From NCBI GenBank assembly GCA_965228875.1, contig OZ245843.1, forward strand, positions 4,260,616 to 4,324,615: DNA of 64,000 nucleotides, written 5' to 3'. Positions 31,512 to 40,111 of this stretch are shown here, one piece after another (within the stretch, counting starts at the first letter, position 1; the number at the start of each line of letters is the position of its first letter). Below the pieces are notes generated by a model. The model saw only the letters and a list, made by a program, of their open reading frames with translations, had not been told where the DNA came from and did no database searches. This DNA comes from Thalassobaculaceae bacterium (GTDB lineage: Bacteria; Pseudomonadota; Alphaproteobacteria; Thalassobaculales; Thalassobaculaceae). The position numbers and the translations under genes are program-made.

Positions 31512-32366
31512 ATGGTCGACGGTATTGATCCTCCCAGCCAATCCCGCCCCGTCTCGGTGTCCACCGTCGTCGGCGCACCGTCCGTCAACGTGCGTCGACG
31601 CGGCGAGCGTCCGCACGATCCAACCCAGCTCTACGATCGGGGCGGCGATCCGGAGGCGGATGACGACGGTCCGTCGGTTCCGGCTTCTCACCGGGCTGCC
31701 CTCGGTCGCGCCAGCCGGGCCTACGGCGGCGCCGGGGCAACCGTCGGTCAGCCTGAGGTGGTGATGTCGCGCGCCGCCGCCATTCTGGGAGGCGGCGACC
31801 TGCGGGCGATCCTCCGCCGGGCCGGCCAGGCGCTGCGACAGATGGCGGAGACCCTGCTCGGCGTGTCGCCGGAGAGCACCGAAGGCCTGGTCGAGGCGTT
31901 CACCGTGGAGGCGCTGGAGTGGGTTCGCGTTGCCATGGCCCAGTACCGGACCTTCGCCGCCGACCATGCGGGGCTGCCGGTGGGTCTGTCGTTCGAGGAC
32001 GTGCGCATCACGGTCGACGCCGGGCATGGCGGGCTGTCGATCGAGGTCGGCAGCGTCCATTTCCGCCGCTCGTTCGGTTTCCGAACCAAGGGGGTCGTGT
32101 TCGATATCCGCGCTTCGGGCGCGGTGAACCGGCCCGCTCCCGGTTTCTTCGTCGCGTCGGGGGAGACCGAGTACCACGCCGAGACCGCCACCGCGATCGT
32201 CCAGAAGGTGCGCATGGACCTGCCGCGGTTCGGCATCAGCGAGGATACCGAGGGCGTCTGCGTCCTGATCCGCTCCGAGGGTAGCGACTATGATCCGGCG
32301 CGCGACGGCGGCTGGGTGATCGACCTCGACGTCCACGTGCCCTTCGACCCGACCTGGAGCGGTTGA
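31512..32366 (+). CDS. hypothetical protein (284 aa)
   Basis: Fills the secA-PPIase gap with host-like GC-ending codons; no motif recognised; start uncertain. Confidence 0.7.
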   Translation: MVDGIDPPSQSRPVSVSTVVGAPSVNVRRRGERPHDPTQLYDRGGDPEADDDGPSVPASHRAALGRASRAYGGAGATVGQPEVVMSRAAAILGGGDLRAILRRAGQALRQMAETLLGVSPESTEGLVEAFTVEALEWVRVAMAQYRTFAADHAGLPVGLSFEDVRITVDAGHGGLSIEVGSVHFRRSFGFRTKGVVFDIRASGAVNRPAPGFFVASGETEYHAETATAIVQKVRMDLPRFGISEDTEGVCVLIRSEGSDYDPARDGGWVIDLDVHVPFDPTWSG

Positions 32367-32540
32367 GCCGGTGGCGTTCGGGTCCGCGTGCAACCCCCTC
32401 GGCACTCATCATAGCGCCGCATTTCCGTGCGACGGCGGTTCCTTGTGACTCCCCGGGCGATCTGATACGCCTCGCGTCGGCGGGTCGCGACGGGCCTGTG
32501 AGCCAGTGCTTCGATCCAAAGAGCCTCGAAAGGACGTTCC

Positions 32541-33446
32541 ATGCATTCCCTGCGTCTCATGACCGCCGCCGCCACGGTGGCGCTCAGTCTCTCGCTCGCC
32601 GGTCCGGCCGCCGCGCAGACTGCCGCTCCCCAAGGGACTGATTCCCAGGGGACTGATTCCCAGGGCGTCGGCGCGGCGAACGTGGATCCGTCGCTGGTCG
32701 TGGCCCGGATCGGCGATCAGGAGGTCACCCTCGGCCAGATCATCGCCATGCGCAGCCAGCTTCCGGCGCAGTATCAGCAGATGCCGCTCGAGGTGATCTT
32801 CGAGCCGATGCTGAACCGCGCGATCGACCAGATCCTCATCACCCGTGCGGCGCGCGACAGCGGCCTTGCCGACCGGGACGACGTCAAGGCTCGCGTGCAG
32901 GAAGCGGCCGATCAGGTTGTCGCCGAGGTCTACCTGACGGAGACCATCGCCTCCGAGGTGAGCGAGGAGGCGCTGCGCGCGCGCTATCAGGAGTCGATCG
33001 CCGGTCAGTCCGGCGAGGAGGAGGCGCGGGCCCGTCATATCCTGCTGGAGAGCGAGGACGATGCGCGCGCCGTGATCGACGAGCTGGACGGCGGCGCCGA
33101 TTTCGGCGGGCTTGCCGAGCAGAAGTCGACCGGGCCGTCGGCCGCCAAGGGGGGCGACCTGGGCTGGTTCAAGGCCGGTCAGATGGTACCGGAATTCTCG
33201 GCTGCGGCCTTCGCGCTCGAGCCGGGGACGTACACGGCGGACCCCGTTCGGAGCGATTTCGGCTGGCACGTCATCCTGCTTGAGGAGAAGCGGGTGGCCG
33301 ACGCCCCGCCGTTCGAGCAGATGCAGGAGCAGCTGGCGGCGGAGATGACCCGCGAGCTGATCCAGCAACGGCTGACCGACCTGCGCGGCGCCGCCGAGAT
33401 CGAGCGGTTCGGCCCGACCGGCCAGCCGCTTCCGGCGCCGGAGTGA
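32541..33446 (+). CDS. PpiC/parvulin peptidyl-prolyl isomerase
   Basis: Signal peptide; ARHILL, GGDLGWF, MVPEFSAAAF, FGWHVI; conserved position before argJ. Confidence 0.93.
   Translation: MHSLRLMTAAATVALSLSLAGPAAAQTAAPQGTDSQGTDSQGVGAANVDPSLVVARIGDQEVTLGQIIAMRSQLPAQYQQMPLEVIFEPMLNRAIDQILITRAARDSGLADRDDVKARVQEAADQVVAEVYLTETIASEVSEEALRARYQESIAGQSGEEEARARHILLESEDDARAVIDELDGGADFGGLAEQKSTGPSAAKGGDLGWFKAGQMVPEFSAAAFALEPGTYTADPVRSDFGWHVILLEEKRVADAPPFEQMQEQLAAEMTRELIQQRLTDLRGAAEIERFGPTGQPLPAPE
32634..32663. repeat. 15-nt perfect tandem duplication (GTDSQ x2)
   Basis: gggactgattcccag twice, in frame after the signal peptide. Confidence 0.9.
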
Positions 33447-33490
33447 CTGCCGCCGCCTGATCCGATGGAACCCTTGACGGAACGAAGACG

Positions 33491-34729
33491 ATGAAGCCGC
33501 TCCCGGTCTCTCCCCTGGCGCCCACCACCCGGCAGGTCCTGCCTCCGGTTGCCGGTTGCCGCATTGCAGCGGTCGAGGCCGGGGTGCGCTATCAGGGACG
33601 CCGCGACGTTCTGCTGATGGAGTTCGCGCCGGGCTCGACCGTTGCCGGCGTTCTGACCCGCAACCGCATGCCGGGCGCGCCGGTCGACTGGTGCCGGGCG
33701 CGTCTGCCGGCGGGGACGGCACGGGGCCTGGTGGTCAACGCCGGCAACGCCAACGTGTTCACGGGCGCGCATGGGGTGCGCGCCTGTGCCGAGACGGCGA
33801 AGGCGGCGGCGGCGGCGATCGGATGCGCGCCGGAGGAGGTTCTGCTGGCCTCGACCGGCGTGATCGGCGAGCCGCTGCGCTACGAGCGGATCGTCGACTG
33901 CCTGCCGTCGGCCCACGCCGCGCTGACCGGCGACGCGTGGGAGGCGGCGGCGGCGACGATCATGACCACCGACACGTTCGCGAAGACCGCGACCCGCACC
34001 GCCAACATCCGCGGCGTCCCGGTGACGCTGAACGGCATCGCCAAGGGCTCCGGCATGATCGCGCCGGACATGGCGACCATGCTCTCCTTCGTCGTCACCG
34101 ACGCCAGGCTGCCGGCACCGGTCCTGCGCGCGCTACTGACCCGCGGCGTGAACCGCAGCTTCAACGCGGTGACGGTCGACAGCGACCAGTCGACCAGCGA
34201 CGCCGTTCTGCTGTTCGCCACGGGACGCGGGGAGTCCCACGTCACCGTCGACGGCCCGGGAGATCCCGCGCTTCGCGATTTCCGCGCCAAGCTGGAGGAC
34301 CTGCTGCACGACCTGGCGATGCAGGTGGTGCGCGACGGCGAGGGAGCGAGCAAACTGGTGCGTATCTCGGTGACCGGTGCCGCGTCCGAGCGCGCGGCCA
34401 AGCGCATCGCCATGGCGATCGCCGACTCGCCCCTGGTGAAGACGGCGATCGCCGGCGAGGATGCCAACTGGGGACGGATCGTCATGGCGGTCGGCAAGTC
34501 CGGCCAGAAGGCGGATCGCGACCGGCTGGCGATCTCCATCGGCGGCGTCGAGGTGGCACGCGACGGCGTGCGGGTCGAGGGCTACGACGAGGCACCGGTC
34601 GCCGCCCACATGAAGGGGCGGGAGATCGATGTCGAGGTGGATGTCGGCGTCGGCCGCGGTCGGGCGGTGGTGTGGACCTGCGACCTGACCCACGGCTATA
34701 TCGACATCAACGCCGACTACCGCAGCTAG
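33491..34729 (+). CDS. argJ: ornithine acetyltransferase ArgJ
   Basis: NAGNAN, STGVIG, IMTTDT, KGSGMIAPDMATML, DGEGA, DANWGR, INADYRS. Confidence 0.98.
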   Translation: MKPLPVSPLAPTTRQVLPPVAGCRIAAVEAGVRYQGRRDVLLMEFAPGSTVAGVLTRNRMPGAPVDWCRARLPAGTARGLVVNAGNANVFTGAHGVRACAETAKAAAAAIGCAPEEVLLASTGVIGEPLRYERIVDCLPSAHAALTGDAWEAAAATIMTTDTFAKTATRTANIRGVPVTLNGIAKGSGMIAPDMATMLSFVVTDARLPAPVLRALLTRGVNRSFNAVTVDSDQSTSDAVLLFATGRGESHVTVDGPGDPALRDFRAKLEDLLHDLAMQVVRDGEGASKLVRISVTGAASERAAKRIAMAIADSPLVKTAIAGEDANWGRIVMAVGKSGQKADRDRLAISIGGVEVARDGVRVEGYDEAPVAAHMKGREIDVEVDVGVGRGRAVVWTCDLTHGYIDINADYRS

Positions 34730-34736
34730 ACGCCCG

Positions 34737-35153
34737 ATGGTCGAGAGGGCCCTGCCGATCGTCCTGGTGGTCGCGGTCGCCCTGGTCGATGTCGACGGTC
34801 GCGTGCTGATCGCCAGACGGCCGGAGGGCAAGAAGCTCGCGGGCCTGTGGGAGTTTCCCGGCGGCAAGGTCGACCCCGGGGAAAGCCCGGAGGCGGCCCT
34901 GATCCGCGAACTGCGCGAGGAACTGGGGATCGACACCCACGAGAGCTGCCTCGCGCCGCTGACCTTCGCCAGCCATGCCTACGACGACTTCCACCTGCTG
35001 ATGCCGCTCTACGTCTGCCGTCGCTGGAAGGGCGAGGTGCGGGCGCGGGAGCACTCGGAACTCGCCTGGGTGCGGCCGGTCCGCCTCGGGGACTACCCGA
35101 TGCCGCCGGCCGACGCCCCGTTGATTGCGATGATCCACGACATCATCGGCTGA
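34737..35153 (+). CDS. mutT: 8-oxo-dGTP diphosphatase (Nudix)
   Basis: WEFPGGKVDPGESPEAALIRELREELG Nudix box; conserved position after argJ. Confidence 0.93.
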   Translation: MVERALPIVLVVAVALVDVDGRVLIARRPEGKKLAGLWEFPGGKVDPGESPEAALIRELREELGIDTHESCLAPLTFASHAYDDFHLLMPLYVCRRWKGEVRAREHSELAWVRPVRLGDYPMPPADAPLIAMIHDIIG

Positions 35154-35160
35154 CCGCTCC

Positions 35161-35334
35161 TCAGAACGGGTTCCAGATCCGGCGACGGGCGCTGCGCCTG
35201 CCGTCGGCCGGATGAAGGTCCGGCTCCGGCCGGCGGCCCGAGACGTGGTGGTTCTGTCGGATCAGACGCTCGACGTGGTCGCCGGCGGCGCCGGTGGCGG
35301 CGTGGGCGAGCAACAGCAGATGGTTTCCGGTCAT
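35161..35334 (-). CDS. 57-aa small protein (absent from the ORF track)
   Basis: Manual translation MTGNHLLLLAHAATGAAGDHVERLIRQNHHVSGRRPEPDLHPADGRRSARRRIWNPF; AAGGAGA 6 nt before the ATG; fills the gap divergent from LysR. Confidence 0.65.
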   Translation of the reverse strand: MTGNHLLLLAHAATGAAGDHVERLIRQNHHVSGRRPEPDLHPADGRRSARRRIWNPF

Positions 35335-35437
35335 CTTATCTCTCCTTGACTGAACCGGACGGCCTCGGTGCCGTTCCGTTGCTTGAAGATGTGCGTGATT
35401 CCGGGTTATCTCAAACGATGCTTTCTCACCTGATATG

Positions 35438-35450
35438 TTAGGAAAATTTA
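35438..35450. promoter_or_regulatory. LysR T-N11-A box
   Basis: TTAGGAAAATTTA in an AT-rich stretch abutting the LysR ATG. Confidence 0.5.
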
Positions 35451-35453
35451 CGT

Positions 35454-36485
35454 ATGGCTCGTCGCCTTCCGCCTCTCAACGCGCTGCGCGCCTTTGAAGC
35501 GGCCGCCAGGCTGGAGAGCATGAGCCGGGCCGCGGATGAACTGTCGGTGACCCATGCCGCGGTCAGCCACCAGGTCAAGGCGCTGGAGGAATGGATCGGC
35601 CTGCCGCTGTTCCGACGGGAGCATCGACGGATCCGTCTGACCGAGGCGGGCGCCGACCTGCTGCCGGTGCTGGCGCAGGCGTTCGACGCGATCGATGCAC
35701 GGCTGGCCGATGTCGCCGCCGCCGGCGGCCGCCGTACCCTGACCATCACCGCCGCCCCTTCGGTCGCCTACCGCTGGATCGTTCCGCGGCTTCCGAAGTT
35801 CAGCACCCTGCATCCGGAGATAGATGTGCGGATCGAGCACTCGACCCGGCTCGTCGACCTGCGGCGGGAACGGGCGATCGATGTCGGTCTGCGCTACGGT
35901 CGGGGCGACTGGGACGGACTGGCGCAGCACTGGCTGATCAGCGGCCACGCGCGGCCGATCGCCTCGCCTGCCCTGCTGGAGCGGTACGGGCTGTCGGCGG
36001 CAGACCTGCCTCTGCCGGTGGAGACCATCGCCAGCCTGCCGCTGCATCACGAGGAAACGCGGTTGTGGTGGCGCCGGTGGTTCGAGCACAACGGGCTGCC
36101 CGACGCCGACGTCTCGGCCGGCGCGGTCCTGTACGACGCCGGCTCTATTCTCGACCTGGCGCTGGCCGGCCACGGCGCCGTGCTCGGCCGTTTCGCCCTG
36201 GCGCAGGAGGCGATGACCGCCGGCCTGCTGCTTCCGCTGCACGACTCCTACTTCGACGAGGATGCCGGTTACTGGTTCGTCTACGATCGAGCCCGGGCGC
36301 AGGAGCCGCAGATCGCCGCTTTCCGCGACTTCGTCCTGGCCGAGATCGAGGCCGACGACTGGCAGGATTGGCAGGCCTCGGACCGGGATGCGAGCGCCGA
36401 TCCGTCCGGCGCGCGCCGAACCGCGATTCCTTCCGGCGACGTCCGGCACAACCGTCGCCGCCGAGGGGCCGCCGACGAGCCGTGA
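35454..36485 (+). CDS. LysR regulator, GcvA-like
   Basis: RRLPPLNALRAFEAAAR, AADELSVTHAAVSHQVKALEE; low-complexity C-terminal extension. Confidence 0.95.
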   Translation: MARRLPPLNALRAFEAAARLESMSRAADELSVTHAAVSHQVKALEEWIGLPLFRREHRRIRLTEAGADLLPVLAQAFDAIDARLADVAAAGGRRTLTITAAPSVAYRWIVPRLPKFSTLHPEIDVRIEHSTRLVDLRRERAIDVGLRYGRGDWDGLAQHWLISGHARPIASPALLERYGLSAADLPLPVETIASLPLHHEETRLWWRRWFEHNGLPDADVSAGAVLYDAGSILDLALAGHGAVLGRFALAQEAMTAGLLLPLHDSYFDEDAGYWFVYDRARAQEPQIAAFRDFVLAEIEADDWQDWQASDRDASADPSGARRTAIPSGDVRHNRRRRGAADEP

Positions 36486-36522
36486 TCCGCCCGCCGGGGA
36501 GGCCGGAGAGCGGACGCCGCGT

Positions 36523-37452
36523 CTATCCGCCGCCCGGCGTCTCTCCGGCGGCGACCTCCGCGCTGCCGAGGGCGGTGGCCAGCCGCGTGCGCGCCGCGCC
36601 CGGGCGCAACGCTTTCGGCTGGCTCGCCGCCGGGGCCCAGCCGGTCAGGTACAGAACCTGGAACCGGGCCGGGATGCGCCCGTCGGGGCCGGCGAAGCGC
36701 GCCGCATAGATCTCCGCCACCCGGGTGAGCAGGCGGCGGGTCGTGGGCGTGCGCCGGCGCTCCAGGACCAGGTTGGTTTCGCCCATGCCCCGCAGGTCGG
36801 CCATCAGGTGCAGGGCACTGTCATAGGTGACGGTGACGGTGTCGGCATCGACCACGGGCAGGGCGAACCCGGCCCGCTGCAGCAGACCGCCGGCGTCGCG
36901 CAGGTCGGCGAAGGGAGAGACCCGCGGACTGATCCCGCCGGTGACGTCGATCTCGGCCTCGGCGAAGGCGTCGCGCAGCTCCACGAGGGTCTCGCCGCCC
37001 AGCAGCGCCGTCAGCAGCAGCCCGTCGGGCTTCAGCGCGCGGCGGATCTGCGCGAGCGCGCCCGGCAAGTCGTTGATCCAGTGCAGGGACAGCGCGCCGA
37101 ACACGGCGTCCAGCGACCCGTCGGCGACCGGCAGCGCTTCCTCGTCGAGCGCCAGGGCCGGCCCGTCCTCCGCGCGCTCCCGCGCCCAGCCGGGTGCCAG
37201 GTCGCTCTGAATCAGCGTGTCGATCCTGCCGCTGTCCCGCAGTGCCCGTCCCAGCGCGCCCGAGCGTGCGCCGAGCTCCAGCGCCAGCGGGAAGCGCCGG
37301 CGGATGTCCTCAAGCCGCTCGGCGACCCGGACGGCGACCTCCTCCTCGAGGAAGGAGTAGGCGCCGTAGCCGGGGCGCGCTCGTTCGCGTCGGCGCCGCA
37401 GCAGCGATCGGTCGAAGACGCGCATGGCGTCGTGTGGGACGGATGGAGCCAT
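36523..37452 (-). CDS. SAM-dependent methyltransferase (BioC/NDUFAF5-like)
   Basis: VFDRSLL, LELGARSG, LHWINDLPG, GGETLVELR, SPRVSPF, QPKALRPG; conserved divergent partner of comF; start approximate. Confidence 0.9.
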   Translation of the reverse strand: MAPSVPHDAMRVFDRSLLRRRRERARPGYGAYSFLEEEVAVRVAERLEDIRRRFPLALELGARSGALGRALRDSGRIDTLIQSDLAPGWARERAEDGPALALDEEALPVADGSLDAVFGALSLHWINDLPGALAQIRRALKPDGLLLTALLGGETLVELRDAFAEAEIDVTGGISPRVSPFADLRDAGGLLQRAGFALPVVDADTVTVTYDSALHLMADLRGMGETNLVLERRRTPTTRRLLTRVAEIYAARFAGPDGRIPARFQVLYLTGWAPAASQPKALRPGAARTRLATALGSAEVAAGETPGGG

Positions 37453-37521
37453 GGCCGCCATATGGCGCAGTCTAACCATCGGGGAAAGGGAAAACCCCGC
37501 CGGGTCTGCCATGACCATGCC

Positions 37522-38256
37522 ATGACCGATCTGCGCCTTCTGCCCCGCCGCCTGCTCGACCTCGTTCTGCCGCCGCGCTGCGGTCTGTGCGGCGTCGATG
37601 TGCCGGCCGACGGGGTCCTGTGCCTGGCGTGTTGGCAGTCGGTCCGGTTCCTCACCGAGCCGCTCTGCGAGGTCTGCGGGATCCCGTTCGAGGTTCGGCC
37701 GATCGGCCGGGCGGTCTGCGGCGACTGCCTCGCGTCTCCGCCGGTCTTCGCGCGCGCCCGGTCCGCAGTGCTGTACGACGATGCGACCCGCCCGCTGGTC
37801 CTGGCGTTCAAGCACGCCGACCGGTTGACCCTGGCGCCGCTGTTCGCCTCCTGGATGCGCGGCGCCGGTGCCGACCTGCTCGCCACCGCCGACGTGATCG
37901 TGCCGGTGCCGCTGCACCGGTGGAGACTGTTGGCGAGGCGATACAATCAGGCCGCGATATTATCTTATGCTATTGCAAAGCAATGCGGGATTCCCGTTGC
38001 CGACGATCTGTTGCTCCGGGTCCGCCGAACGCCGAGTCAGGGGCGCCGCACGGCCGCACAACGGGCCCGAAACGTGCGCGGAGCATTCGCGCTACGGAAT
38101 AACTGCGGTGGAAAGGCGGAAGCGATCGAGGGTCGCCGGATCCTGCTCGTGGACGACGTTTTCACAACGGGATCCACGGTTTCCGCCTGTGTGCGGGTGC
38201 TCGCGCGGGGTGGCGCCCGATCGGTCGATGTCCTCACTTTGGCGCGTGTGGGCTAA
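37522..38256 (+). CDS. comF: ComF family protein (double zinc ribbon + PRTase)
   Basis: Four CxxC pairs, VPVPLH, RRYNQA, LLVDDVFTTGST. Confidence 0.93.
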   Translation: MTDLRLLPRRLLDLVLPPRCGLCGVDVPADGVLCLACWQSVRFLTEPLCEVCGIPFEVRPIGRAVCGDCLASPPVFARARSAVLYDDATRPLVLAFKHADRLTLAPLFASWMRGAGADLLATADVIVPVPLHRWRLLARRYNQAAILSYAIAKQCGIPVADDLLLRVRRTPSQGRRTAAQRARNVRGAFALRNNCGGKAEAIEGRRILLVDDVFTTGSTVSACVRVLARGGARSVDVLTLARVG

Positions 38257-38276
38257 CTCACCGAAATCAGACCGCT

Positions 38277-38304
38277 TTGCAGGAAGACCCCAATTTTCTT
38301 ATCT
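38277..38304 (+). promoter_or_regulatory. candidate RpoH-type promoter of grxC
   Basis: TTG-N18-CTTATCT about 38 nt upstream of the ATG. Confidence 0.4.
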
Positions 38305-38341
38305 ACTGCGCAGCGACGTGTGCATCACAGGAGGGACCAAG

Positions 38342-38617
38342 ATGGCCAAAGAGGCCAGGGTTGAAATCTACACGACCATGTTCTGTCCGTACTGCTACCG
38401 TGCCAAGTCGCTACTGGCGAACAAGGGGGTCGACTACGTCGAGTACGATGTCGGCGGTTCGGCCGAGGCGCGTCGCAAGATGAGCGACCGGGCCGAGGGC
38501 CGTCACACCGTGCCGCAGATCTTCATTTCCGGCGAGGGGATCGGCGGTTCCGACGAGCTTGCGGAACTGGAGCGGACCGGTAAGCTGGACCACCTGCTCG
38601 GCGTTTCGCTGGTCTGA
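38342..38617 (+). CDS. grxC: glutaredoxin 3
   Basis: CPYC, TVPQIFI, IGGSD; AGGAGG RBS. Confidence 0.96.
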   Translation: MAKEARVEIYTTMFCPYCYRAKSLLANKGVDYVEYDVGGSAEARRKMSDRAEGRHTVPQIFISGEGIGGSDELAELERTGKLDHLLGVSLV

Positions 38618-38697
38618 CGGTTCCGTCGGACCGCGGCCGAGCGAGCGTTTTTCTCGGCTGAATAGCCTGCGCCGAGTATCCAGCCCGGAGGTCCGCG

Positions 38698-39555
38698 ATG
38701 ACGCGTCTGACTGTCGCCTGCGTTCAGACCAACACAACCCGCGATCCGCTCGAGAACATCGAGCGGGTGAGCCCGCTGATCCGCGAGGCGAAGGACCGGG
38801 GCGCGCAGCTGGTCACCACGCCGGAAATCGTCGGCATGCTGGAGCCGAAGCGGGATCTGGCGCTCGCCAAGGCGAGGCCGGAGGAAAGCCACGAGGTTCT
38901 GGCAGCCTTTCGCGGACTTGCCGCCGAACTCGGCATCTGGCTGCTGGTGGGATCGATCTCCATCAAGGTCTCCGACGACAAGCTCGCCAACCGAAGCTTC
39001 CTGCTCGACGACCAGGGGCAGATCGTCGCCCGGTATTCCAAGATCCATATGTTCGACGTCCAGGTCGGCGACGGCCAGACCTACCGGGAAAGCAACACCT
39101 ACCGGGCCGGCGACGAGGCGGTGATCGCCGAGACGCCCTGGGGCCGGATGGGCATGACCATCTGTTACGACATCCGCTTCCCGTACCTCTACCGCAAGCT
39201 GGCGCAGGCCGGAGCCGAGGTGATCTTCGCGCCGGCCGCCTTCACCAAGGTCACCGGTGAGGCGCACTGGCACGTGCTGCAGCGCGCCCGGGCGATCGAG
39301 ACGGGCTGCTACATCGTTTCCGCCGCCCAGACCGGCGAACATGCCGAGGGACGCCGTACCTACGGCCATTCGGTCGTCGTCGGCCCCTGGGGCGAGGTTC
39401 TGGCCGATGCCGGCGAGGATGTCGGCGTGATCACCGCCGAGATCGATCTGGCGCGGGTGGCCGAGGCGCGGGGCAAGGTGCCGTCGCTCACCCATGATCG
39501 CGTGATCGGCGACCCGGCGGTCTACGGCGCCGCCCTCCGCCAGGCCGGCGAATAA
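38698..39555 (+). CDS. carbon-nitrogen hydrolase (Nit1 / deaminated glutathione amidase-like)
   Basis: TPE, YSKIHMFD, ICYDIRFP catalytic triad motifs; ARAIE, TYGHS. Confidence 0.93.
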   Translation: MTRLTVACVQTNTTRDPLENIERVSPLIREAKDRGAQLVTTPEIVGMLEPKRDLALAKARPEESHEVLAAFRGLAAELGIWLLVGSISIKVSDDKLANRSFLLDDQGQIVARYSKIHMFDVQVGDGQTYRESNTYRAGDEAVIAETPWGRMGMTICYDIRFPYLYRKLAQAGAEVIFAPAAFTKVTGEAHWHVLQRARAIETGCYIVSAAQTGEHAEGRRTYGHSVVVGPWGEVLADAGEDVGVITAEIDLARVAEARGKVPSLTHDRVIGDPAVYGAALRQAGE

Positions 39556-39584
39556 ACGCCGGCCGGGGGTCGGAAAGGTAAGAT

Positions 39585-40109
39585 TCAGACCGGCCGGACA
39601 GCCACCACCCGCTGTTTCGCGGCGGGGCGCGGTACGCGCTCCTCCAGGTCCTCGAAGGCCACGACCTGAAGTTCCGGGCGCACCGCGATCAGCAGTTCCT
39701 CGCGGTGCAGCAGGAAGTTGGGGTTGCTCGGTCTGCCGAACCGCTCGTTGCCGACGGCGAAGGTCTCGTAGATCAGAACGCCGCCGGGCGCCACCGCGCC
39801 GACCAGCGCGTCGAACAGCGGCCGATGCAGGTAGTTGACCACCACGACCGCCGCGAAGACCCGATCGCCCAGCGGCCAAGGCCGGCCGTTCTCCAGGTCC
39901 CGGGCGACGATCTCCACGCCCTCGTCGACCGACATGTCGCTGACCCCCGACACGTCGCGGTCGAGGACGACGACCGGATGCCCGCGGTCGCGGAACATGC
40001 GGGCGTGCCGGCCGTCGCCGCAGGCGACGTCGAGGACCGTCCCGCCCTCCGGGACCATCGGGGCGAACCGCGCCACCCAGGCCGAAGGGTCGACCGGCGG
40101 CACCGCCAT
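39585..40109 (-). CDS. class I SAM-dependent methyltransferase
   Basis: VLDVACGDGRH, VVVNYLHRPL, PGGVLIYETF, GRPSNPNFLL. Confidence 0.88.
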   Translation of the reverse strand: MAVPPVDPSAWVARFAPMVPEGGTVLDVACGDGRHARMFRDRGHPVVVLDRDVSGVSDMSVDEGVEIVARDLENGRPWPLGDRVFAAVVVVNYLHRPLFDALVGAVAPGGVLIYETFAVGNERFGRPSNPNFLLHREELLIAVRPELQVVAFEDLEERVPRPAAKQRVVAVRPV

Positions 40110-40111
40110 GC

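Noticed and set aside
36360..36485. Extra domain at the LysR C-terminus
   Set aside because: Low-complexity tail with no motif; most likely stop-codon drift toward the convergent gene.
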